DNA of 46,240 nucleotides, taken from contig CAZOHK010000002.1 of NCBI GenBank assembly GCA_964579925.1, positions 1 through 46,240 of the forward strand. The letters are read 5' to 3'. The notes beneath the pieces are model-generated. The model searched no databases. It worked only from the letters and a program-made list of their open reading frames with translations, and was not told where the DNA came from. Position 1 is the first letter of the stretch. Each line of letters starts with the position of its first letter. Positions 34,365 to 41,812 of the stretch are shown in pieces. This DNA comes from an uncultured Staphylococcus sp. (GTDB lineage Bacteria > Bacillota_I > Bacilli_A > RFN20 > CAG-826). A program made the translations under genes and the position numbers.

Positions 34365-34862
34365 ATGAAAACCATTATTTTAGCAGGTGGATGCTTTTGG
34401 GGGGTTGAAGCTTACTATAAAAAACTTAAAGGGGTTTTAAATACCCAAGTGGGCTATGCCAATGGGAATTATCCGAACCCAACCTATGAAGAAATTTGTG
34501 ATGAAAAAGCGACGCATGCTGAAGCCGTTTACATTCAATATGATGAAAAAATCATTACCTTAGATAAGTTATTGGAACATCTGTTTCGTATGATTGATCC
34601 TACCAGCGTCAATAAACAAGGGCACGATGAAGGTATACAATATCGCACTGGCGTTTATTTTGAAGATGTAAAAGATGAACTCATCGCCAGACAATATATT
34701 AAAAAAAGACAAGTTGAATTCAAAAAACCAATAGCTTTAGAGATTCAACCTCTACGGGGTTTTTATGATGCTGAAACCTACCACCAAGATTACTTAGATA
34801 AAAACCCAAACGGTTATTGCCACGTTGATTTTCGTGTCTTAAGAAAAGAAGAAATGAAATAA
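34365..34862 (+). CDS. msrA: Peptide methionine (S)-S-oxide reductase MsrA
   Basis: Active-site GGCFWGVE, HAEAV, and YHQDYL. Confidence 0.9.
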   Translation: MKTIILAGGCFWGVEAYYKKLKGVLNTQVGYANGNYPNPTYEEICDEKATHAEAVYIQYDEKIITLDKLLEHLFRMIDPTSVNKQGHDEGIQYRTGVYFEDVKDELIARQYIKKRQVEFKKPIALEIQPLRGFYDAETYHQDYLDKNPNGYCHVDFRVLRKEEMK

Positions 34863-35318
34863 ATGGATAAACTGAGCGAATACCAATCGGTGCTTTTGGC
34901 TGCAAAAGGCTTAATGCAAGAAAAACAACAACCGGTTTCTTTATACGCAAACTTATCAGCTTTATTAAAACAAACTTTAAGTGACGTATCTTGGGTTGGT
35001 TTTTACTTATTTAATGGCACAGCCCTATACTTAGGACCTTTCCAAGGTAAAGTTGCATGCGTCGATATTACCCTTGATCGTGGTGTTTGTGGTAAATCCG
35101 CTCGTGATCGCCAAACCGTGGTCGTCCCAGATGTCCACAAATTCCCTGGTCATATTGCATGTGATGAAGGCAGCAATAGTGAAATTGTTGTCCCCATCAT
35201 AAAGAATAAAGAACTCATTGGTGTCCTTGACATCGATAGTTATCAATTTTCTCGATTTGATGACACTGACAAAAAACAACTCGAACTATTGATGAAGCAA
35301 CTTGTAAAAGTTCTTTAA
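34863..35318 (+). CDS. GAF-domain protein, free methionine-(R)-sulfoxide reductase-like (fRMsr/MsrC)
   Basis: WVGFYL..LGPFQGKVACVDITLDRGVCGKSA and HIACDEGSNSEIVVPI match the YebR/fRMsr pattern. Its ATG abuts the msrA stop. Confidence 0.7.
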   Translation: MDKLSEYQSVLLAAKGLMQEKQQPVSLYANLSALLKQTLSDVSWVGFYLFNGTALYLGPFQGKVACVDITLDRGVCGKSARDRQTVVVPDVHKFPGHIACDEGSNSEIVVPIIKNKELIGVLDIDSYQFSRFDDTDKKQLELLMKQLVKVL

Positions 35319-35357
35319 TGACGCTTACAATTTCCTGCTAATTATGGTTTAATTTTG

Positions 35358-37055
35358 ATGATGAAAACATTTAAAATCCATTTAACGATTGCGATTGCAA
35401 CTTTTGTTTTAGCTGCATGTGACTTTACCTTGCCTTCTGAACTTACCTCATCTGCCTCATCTTCAACATTCAATTCAGGTTCAACGAGTTCTGTTTCGTC
35501 ATCGATGCCATCGATGGATTTTTCCACACCTCCAACGATTCCACAAATCAACTTTGCGCCAGCAACCTGTGATGCAAACTCAACACCTCGCATCAGTTTG
35601 AATACAGCAGAAGAATATGACTTATTTTTTCATCCAACCACCCAGGTGATGATTGACTTCACCATCACCAAAGAAAATCTTGCGTTGATGAATGAATATG
35701 GAAACAATACCCCAGACCATGATCGGTACGTCAATGCATCGATACGCTTGGATGTGACCCCAAAAAACGCATCTTCAATAAGCTATTGCTATCCCGTGGT
35801 TGGTGTACGTTTAAAGGGAAATACCTCTCGAACCGAATTTGTGGAAAGTTCTGGAGCGATTAAAAACTTTTTTAATATGAAAGTCTCATTTGCTACCGAC
35901 GATCCACTTGATGGCCGCTTTCCGAATGCTCAGTTTATCGGGATGACCAGAATGGATTTAAAGTGGAATCGCAATTTTGATCATACGCATATGCGTCAAG
36001 TTTTTGCACATAAGCTGTATGCTCATTATTTGCCCTTTGCTCAAGAAGCAACACTAGGCGGGATACGAATCATTCAAACGGGTGTCTCATCGGACTATCA
36101 AGATAATTACTTAGGCATGTACACAATTACAGAACCGATGGACCGTCGATTTTTTGTTAGACGATTAGGCAATAACACCGAAGCAGATGGTAATTTATAC
36201 AAAGTGTTATATTCTGCAACAGGTGCTGCTGACTTTACAAGATTTGATGCAGTCAATAGTGATGGTAGTAACCATATCAAGACCGGTAATAAGATTGGCA
36301 TCGAAGATAACGCTGCCAATTACCATCCAAGTTATGATTTAAAAACCAATACGACCTTAGCTAATTTTTCTGACATCGTCAATTTGATCGGAGAATTAAA
36401 TCGAAGTACCAATGTCAATGATGCAGATTATCGTCAACGTGTTGAAGAACTGATTGATATCCCCACCTTTTTAATGATGGAAGCAATTGCATATTTTATT
36501 GGCAATCCAGATGACTTTCGAAATAATGCCAATAATTTATTTCTTTATTTTTTACCGAGCACGGGTAAGGCTTATCCCATTCCTTATGATTTAGATCGAG
36601 GTTTGGGAAGCAATGGCGATTGGGATCCAACCATTGATCCTTTTTCCCAGTATGGTCCATCGATGACCCAAGCAACGCCTTATCAAACCGCGTTACTTAA
36701 AGATTGGAATCAAGGTCGACTGAACCCGTTACATCGATTAACCATTTACCAAGGTTCGTTTAGTGGATACCGTCAAACGTACACGAATAACTTGCAAACG
36801 GTCTATCAAAGCGGCTGGTTAACGTCTCAACCAGCAGAACCAGGAAACTACACCGGTTTATTCTATACAATCCATCAACTGTATCGATCGGTGTATTATC
36901 CTCAAGGTGGTCAGTTCTTGTATCTTCAACCGACCGCACCAGCTTTAAGCGATATTTTTGTTCCCTTTTCCCTTAACCAAAAAGCGATGTTAAACCTGAC
37001 GTTTCATGAATACATTAGTGCAAAAATAAGCACTTACTTGGACGCCATTTCGTAG
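35358..37055 (+). CDS. CotH-family protein, predicted surface lipoprotein
   Basis: Lipobox VLAAC followed by a Ser-rich linker. CotH-like segments VRLKGNTSR, DLKWNRNFDHTHMRQ, GNPDDFRNNANNLFLY and IPYDLDRGLG. Confidence 0.65.
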   Translation: MMKTFKIHLTIAIATFVLAACDFTLPSELTSSASSSTFNSGSTSSVSSSMPSMDFSTPPTIPQINFAPATCDANSTPRISLNTAEEYDLFFHPTTQVMIDFTITKENLALMNEYGNNTPDHDRYVNASIRLDVTPKNASSISYCYPVVGVRLKGNTSRTEFVESSGAIKNFFNMKVSFATDDPLDGRFPNAQFIGMTRMDLKWNRNFDHTHMRQVFAHKLYAHYLPFAQEATLGGIRIIQTGVSSDYQDNYLGMYTITEPMDRRFFVRRLGNNTEADGNLYKVLYSATGAADFTRFDAVNSDGSNHIKTGNKIGIEDNAANYHPSYDLKTNTTLANFSDIVNLIGELNRSTNVNDADYRQRVEELIDIPTFLMMEAIAYFIGNPDDFRNNANNLFLYFLPSTGKAYPIPYDLDRGLGSNGDWDPTIDPFSQYGPSMTQATPYQTALLKDWNQGRLNPLHRLTIYQGSFSGYRQTYTNNLQTVYQSGWLTSQPAEPGNYTGLFYTIHQLYRSVYYPQGGQFLYLQPTAPALSDIFVPFSLNQKAMLNLTFHEYISAKISTYLDAIS

Positions 37056-37069
37056 TAAAATACCCCTAT

Positions 37070-37156
37070 GCAGTCGTGGCGGAATTGGCAGACGCGCTAG
37101 ATTCAGGGTCTAGTACCTTCACCGGTGTAGGAGTTCAACTCTCCTCGACTGCACCA
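37070..37156 (+). tRNA. tRNA-Leu (anticodon CAG), class II, CCA encoded
   Basis: Acceptor GCAGTCG/CGACTGC, anticodon arm CTAGA-TTCAGGG-TCTAG, and a long variable arm. Confidence 0.9.
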
Positions 37157-37190
37157 ATCATTACATTCAACTTTCTTTTTATAAACATAA

Positions 37191-37199
37191 TGGTATAAT
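37191..37199 (+). promoter_or_regulatory. Extended -10 element (TGgTATAAT) upstream of the nqr-like operon
   Basis: TGGTATAAT at 37191-37199 with no good -35. AAGGAG SD at about 37223-37228. Confidence 0.4.
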
Positions 37200-37236
37200 C
37201 TTTTTGGTCAATTTCTTAGTAAAAAAAGGAGAAATT

Positions 37237-38193
37237 ATGGACGCAAAAACATTACCTCAAAAGTTGCCATCTGAATCCATCAGTATTTTCTTTAAGCGAA
37301 GCTTTTCTCATCGTGATCTGAATGCCTTAGGTATCGGTTTATTAGCGTTATTGATTTATAGTGTGATCACACAAGGAATCAATCCATTGCTCATTTATGT
37401 TTTTGCATTATTAGGAGCCCTTCCATTTGAATTAGGATTTGCAAAGTTTAGAAAACGGGTTGTGGATTTAGCGTGGTGGTTTACACCATTGCTCTTCACC
37501 ATGTTGGTTCCTCCATCACTTACTCATCTTTGGATGGCAAGTGTCGGTGGCGCAGTCGCCACTTTTTATGGAAAATTGGTTTTTGGTGGCCATGGAAAAT
37601 ATCCATTTTTACCAGCGGCGGTTGGTATGGTATTTTTGAGCGTATCTTTCCCCACCTATATGTTGGTGGCTGGTAACACTGCTGCCGACTTAAAGTCGCT
37701 TGATGGTTTTGGATTTGATTTTATTGAATTATTGGTTGGTCCTACACCAGGCTTGATTGGCGATCCATTTCGAGCAGGTATTCTTTTAATTGCCGGTATC
37801 TTTGCCTTCCTTAAGGTGATTGATTTGCGCTTAACGTTAAGCTATCTACTTGGTGTGATTGGTTTCGTTGCCTTATTTTGGTCAATTGAATTGATGAATC
37901 CAACCTTTTTTGCGGAAGTAGCTAAGTTTCCAGAGCCTACTTATGTCGCCTTGGTGGGTTCGGTTGCCTTTGCCTCTGTCTTCTTAATTACCGATAAAAC
38001 AACTGCACCAAGAAATGGTCTTGCGAAAATTGTTTATGGATTACTTGCTGCACTCATCACCACCATCATCCGTTACTTTACGGGTTCTGTTGAAGGGGTT
38101 GTTTATGCCGTCTTACTTGCAAACGCATTCTCTCCTTTAATCGATGCATGGATTTCTAAAAAAGCGATTCCGCTAACGTTAGGAGGAAAGTAA
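37237..38193 (+). CDS. nqrB: NqrB/RnfD-family membrane subunit
   Basis: VFGGHGKYPFLPAAVGMVFLSVSFP (family motif FGG.G.N.FNPA..G..FL), and ITDKTTAP near the C-terminus. RnfD-like size (318 aa). ATG 37237 after AAGGAG. Confidence 0.75.
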   Translation: MDAKTLPQKLPSESISIFFKRSFSHRDLNALGIGLLALLIYSVITQGINPLLIYVFALLGALPFELGFAKFRKRVVDLAWWFTPLLFTMLVPPSLTHLWMASVGGAVATFYGKLVFGGHGKYPFLPAAVGMVFLSVSFPTYMLVAGNTAADLKSLDGFGFDFIELLVGPTPGLIGDPFRAGILLIAGIFAFLKVIDLRLTLSYLLGVIGFVALFWSIELMNPTFFAEVAKFPEPTYVALVGSVAFASVFLITDKTTAPRNGLAKIVYGLLAALITTIIRYFTGSVEGVVYAVLLANAFSPLIDAWISKKAIPLTLGGK

Positions 38194-38196
38194 ATC

Positions 38197-38814
38197 ATGA
38201 ATAAAGTCTATAGCAAAATGATTGTCTTCGTTTTGATCATGGGTACCACCGCGGGTGCTCTATTGGTGGGCGGCGATTTATTAACGCGTGCTCAAATTGA
38301 ACAAAATCAAATCAACCTAAAGCAACGAACCATCTTACAATCTCACGACTATGATTTAACCTCCGTAACGGATTTGGCTGATTATTACGATGATAAAATT
38401 GAAGTCTTAACGGCACCGGAAAGTTATAAAGATTTACCCGTTAATTTCTATCGAGACCGCGAAAGTAATGATATTACGATCGCTTTTGATAAGCGATTTG
38501 GATCAGGGGTTTGGGGACCAATTGTTGGTTACCTCACCTTAGAAAGTGATTTTGTTACCATCAAGTCAGTTGCGATTACCTCTCAAAAGGAAACCCCAGG
38601 ACTAGGCGCAAAAGTCACCACTGCAGTTTTTTTAGATTCCTTGGTTGGTAAAGTAATGGAACCTCGAATCGTGATCGACAAAATTCAAGCAGAAGAAATT
38701 GATGACTTAAATTTTGTAACATCCATTGTCGGTGCTACCAGAACCTCCGTCGCCTTTCAAAATTTATTGAACACAACCTATGCATATCACAAAACCATTT
38801 GGGAGGTTATTTAG
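38197..38814 (+). CDS. nqrC: NqrC/RnfG-family FMN_bind subunit
   Basis: N-terminal TM anchor, QKETPGLGAKV, and a C-terminal IVGATRTS segment at the position of the flavinylated SGAT motif. Confidence 0.65.
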   Translation: MNKVYSKMIVFVLIMGTTAGALLVGGDLLTRAQIEQNQINLKQRTILQSHDYDLTSVTDLADYYDDKIEVLTAPESYKDLPVNFYRDRESNDITIAFDKRFGSGVWGPIVGYLTLESDFVTIKSVAITSQKETPGLGAKVTTAVFLDSLVGKVMEPRIVIDKIQAEEIDDLNFVTSIVGATRTSVAFQNLLNTTYAYHKTIWEVI

Positions 38815-38817
38815 TTT

Positions 38818-39444
38818 ATGAACAAATTTTTGATTCGTTTAAATTATAAGAAGTGGTATAACGTCTTACGAGATGGGATTGCCCGCAATAACCCAATCGT
38901 TGTGACCGTGCTTGGTATTTGTTCGAGTTTAGCCGTTGCAAACATGGTGGAAAACGCCATTGCAATGGGCATTGGTGTGACCCTTGTCACGATGTTATCT
39001 TCCGCGTTTATTGCGTTGATTCGGAATTTAATTCCCTCGCAAGTACGCATGGTGACGTACATGGTGGTCATTTCAACCTTTACGATCGTTTTTGAAATGT
39101 TCTTAAAAGCCTTAACGCCTGAAATTGCGGAACGCTTAGGGGCATATGTTGGTTTAATCATCACTAACTGTATTGTCATGGGACGTGCAGAAGCCTTTGC
39201 AGTTAAAAATCCGGTTCGATATTCGACGATTGATGCATTTGCAAGTGGTATGGGTTATACCTTCGTCTTAATAATGATGTCGGTCATCCGAGAATTACTA
39301 TCTAATGGTTCCATTCTTAATATTCAATTATTGGGATCGGAATGGATAAACTGGACGATTTTTGCAATCGCTCCAGGCGGTTTCTTTATCATCTCCTTGT
39401 TCATTTGGGGTTTACGTGTTTGGTTGAAGTATTACGAAGAATAA
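38818..39444 (+). CDS. nqrD: NqrD-type membrane subunit (NqrD/RnfE family)
   Basis: VLGICSSLAV and VGLIITNCIVMGRAEAFA, which closely matches my recollection of the NqrD sequence. Confidence 0.85.
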   Translation: MNKFLIRLNYKKWYNVLRDGIARNNPIVVTVLGICSSLAVANMVENAIAMGIGVTLVTMLSSAFIALIRNLIPSQVRMVTYMVVISTFTIVFEMFLKALTPEIAERLGAYVGLIITNCIVMGRAEAFAVKNPVRYSTIDAFASGMGYTFVLIMMSVIRELLSNGSILNIQLLGSEWINWTIFAIAPGGFFIISLFIWGLRVWLKYYEE

Positions 39445-39458
39445 GGAGAGAAAAAATT

Positions 39459-40061
39459 ATGGTAAGCATCTCAGTTTTAATTGAAATCTTTATTGCCTCC
39501 TTACTTCCTTTCAACATCGCATTAGCCTCGATTTTAGGCATGTGTCCTTTAATTGCAATTTCTACCAACGTTACCAATGCCAAGGGCATGGGATTAGCGG
39601 TTGTCCTCGTTACCACTTTAACTGCAGCGATTAACTGGCCCATTTATGAATTCCTCAAATGGAGCGGCACGGATACATTAGATTTATTAGTCTTTATGAT
39701 TACGATTGCAGCTTCGGTTCAATTCCTTGAATTGGCGATGCAAAAGTTCTTACCCGCGCTCTACAATGCATTTGGTATTTACTTGCCATTAATTACGGTC
39801 AACTGTATCGTCCTCGCGGTCAGTTTATTCTTTGTCAATTATGATTATGGTTTTTTAGAAACCGTTGTTTTTGCGCTAGGATCATCTTTAGGTTGGGCAT
39901 TTGCGATTGTCTTACTTTCAGGTATTCGCGAAAAATTATCGGTGATTGCTGATTTACCTCGCGGTTTGAAGGGTAAAGCCATTGCCTTTGTTCTTTTAGG
40001 TATTCTTGCCCTTGGTTTTATTGGGTTTGCAGGCATTGCCCGCGTCGATCCAATTCAATAA
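39459..40061 (+). CDS. nqrE: NqrE-type membrane subunit (NqrE/RnfA family)
   Basis: ILGMCPLIA, YNAFGIYLPLITVNCIV, SGIREKL and PRGLKGKAIAF. Start moved to ATG 39459 after a GGAGAG SD. Confidence 0.85.
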   Translation: MVSISVLIEIFIASLLPFNIALASILGMCPLIAISTNVTNAKGMGLAVVLVTTLTAAINWPIYEFLKWSGTDTLDLLVFMITIAASVQFLELAMQKFLPALYNAFGIYLPLITVNCIVLAVSLFFVNYDYGFLETVVFALGSSLGWAFAIVLLSGIREKLSVIADLPRGLKGKAIAFVLLGILALGFIGFAGIARVDPIQ

Positions 40062-40076
40062 TGAGGAGATAACAAC

Positions 40077-41162
40077 ATGGAATATATTTTATTGCCTTCT
40101 GTTTTGCTTGGCATCATGCTTGCCATTACCGGGCTCATCATTCTTGCCGATAAAGCTTTAGGAAGTGGTGGTTTAAAAAAAATCATCATCAATGGTTCTA
40201 AAGAAATTGAAGTCACGTCTGACGATACGTTATTAAATATTCTTTCGCAAAATAAAATCTTCTTATCCTCCGCATGTGGTGGTAAGGCAACCTGTGGCCT
40301 ATGCAAATGTCAGGTCACGGAAGGTGGCGGTGAGATTAAACCAACCGAGATGGCCTTTTTATCTGCGAAAGATAAAGAAAACAAAGTGAGATTAACTTGC
40401 CAAGTTAAACCAACCTCCTTGACCAAAATTACGATCCCAGAAGGTTTATTAACTGCAAAAGAATTTAAGACTAAACTTGTGAAAATGGTTGATTTAACCT
40501 ATGACATTAAATTATTGGACTTTAAATTAATTAGTCCAAGTACGATGCCATTTAAACCAGGTCAGTTTGCTCAAATTAAGGTTCCTGGTATCGATGTTGT
40601 TCGGGCTTATTCGATTGCTTCCAACCCATCCGATCCATCTCACATTGAAATGATTGTGCGTTACGTTCCCAAAGGTCAAGCCACGACCTACGTTTTCCAA
40701 GCACTAAAAGTGGGAGATATCGTCACGTTATCCGGTCCTTTTGGTAAATTTTTTCTTCAAGAACAATCCAAACGGGATATCGTTTGCATCGCCGGTGGTT
40801 CAGGAAAAGCTCCGATTCGTTCGATTCTCACACGCTTAAAAGAACAAGGGATGACGCGAAAAGTTCGGTATTTCTTTGGCGCAAAAGCCGTGCGTGATCT
40901 TTACTACACCGAAGAAATGAAACAACTACAAAAAGATTTCCCGAATTTTGAATACATCCCAGCATTATCAAGTCCTTTACCAGAAGATAAATGGACTGGT
41001 ACAACTGGTTTAATTACGGATGTGTTGGATCGCATGACCGCGGATCTTTCTGAATCTGAAGCTTATTTATGTGGTTCACCGGGTATGATTGATGCTTGTA
41101 TTAAAGTGCTCAATAAACATCAAATCAAACCTGAAAACGTCTTCTACGATAAGTTTGCTTAA
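40077..41162 (+). CDS. nqrF: NqrF-type subunit: TM helix, 2Fe-2S ferredoxin domain and FAD/NAD(H) oxidoreductase domain
   Basis: CGGKATCGLCKC ... LTCQV (C-x5-C-x2-C...C), RAYSIAS FAD motif, GGSGKAPI NAD motif, and YLCGSPGM. Confidence 0.85.
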   Translation: MEYILLPSVLLGIMLAITGLIILADKALGSGGLKKIIINGSKEIEVTSDDTLLNILSQNKIFLSSACGGKATCGLCKCQVTEGGGEIKPTEMAFLSAKDKENKVRLTCQVKPTSLTKITIPEGLLTAKEFKTKLVKMVDLTYDIKLLDFKLISPSTMPFKPGQFAQIKVPGIDVVRAYSIASNPSDPSHIEMIVRYVPKGQATTYVFQALKVGDIVTLSGPFGKFFLQEQSKRDIVCIAGGSGKAPIRSILTRLKEQGMTRKVRYFFGAKAVRDLYYTEEMKQLQKDFPNFEYIPALSSPLPEDKWTGTTGLITDVLDRMTADLSESEAYLCGSPGMIDACIKVLNKHQIKPENVFYDKFA

Positions 41163-41173
41163 ATCAATCAAAC

Positions 41174-41205
41174 AAAAACCTCGGACAAGTTTCCGAGGTT
41201 TTTTT
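41174..41205. terminator. Bidirectional terminator between nqrF (+) and the GNAT gene (-)
   Basis: Core stem CCTCGGA-CAAGTT-TCCGAGG, extended by the flanking A5 and T7 runs. Confidence 0.75.
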
Positions 41206-41213
41206 ATGTTGGT

Positions 41214-41537
41214 TTAACGCTTGACCCACGTACAAGATCCGCCAGAAGGTTCACCTTCTTTCGGGTCCCAAAGTGATCGATAACGTGGATGTTGTAATAC
41301 CTTGACTGCAAATGAACATAAGGGATAAATATAACGCTTTTCTTTGGTGGCTAACTGAATGACCTGATCGAGCAGTCGATTGGCAAGTCCTTGACCTCGA
41401 TAAAGCGGATCAACAAAGGTATGGGTCACGACATAGCGTTTGTCTTGGTCAAGGTGGTAAGTGATTTCTCCAATCATGTGCTGACGGTCATCAGCGATGT
41501 AAAAGCGATTTGGTTCTTGTTGAATGATCAAGTCCAT
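41214..41537 (-). CDS. Small GNAT-family N-acetyltransferase (YjdJ-like)
   Basis: 107 aa with the acetyl-CoA motif YRGQGLANRLLDQVI. AGGAGG SD. Confidence 0.7.
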   Translation of the reverse strand: MDLIIQQEPNRFYIADDRQHMIGEITYHLDQDKRYVVTHTFVDPLYRGQGLANRLLDQVIQLATKEKRYIYPLCSFAVKVLQHPRYRSLWDPKEGEPSGGSCTWVKR

Positions 41538-41576
41538 AACGAGGACCTCCTATCTTTATTATAAACACCTTCAGGA

Positions 41577-41605
41577 TTGAGAAACATCTTTGGAGTGCGT
41601 ATAAT
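41577..41605 (+). promoter_or_regulatory. Promoter for the tRNA-Leu / tRNA-Arg pair
   Basis: TTGAGA, 17-nt spacer, TATAAT. The predicted TSS lies 2-4 nt before the mature tRNA 5' end. Confidence 0.6.
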
Positions 41606-41614
41606 GAATTCGTT

Positions 41615-41701
41615 GCCTCCGTGGTGGAACTGGTAGACGCAATAGACTCAAAATCTGTCGAGCGTGAGCTCATGTCGGTTCGAGTCCGACCGGAGGCACC
41701 A
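41615..41701 (+). tRNA. tRNA-Leu (anticodon CAA), class II, CCA encoded
   Basis: Acceptor GCCTCCG/CGGAGGC, anticodon loop CTCAAAA, and a long variable arm. Confidence 0.9.
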
Positions 41702-41710
41702 TTCTTACTT

Positions 41711-41788
41711 GCGCTCGTAGCTCAGCTGGATCAGAGTACAACCCTCCGAAGGTTGGGGTCGCACGTTCGAATCGTGCCGGGCGCGCCA
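41711..41788 (+). tRNA. tRNA-Arg (anticodon CCG), CCA encoded
   Basis: Acceptor GCGCTCG/CGGGCGC, anticodon arm CAACC-CTCCGAA-GGTTG, T-arm GCACG-TTCGAAT-CGTGC. Confidence 0.9.
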
Positions 41789-41812
41789 CTCATCTTCAAA
41801 ATTAAAATTGAT

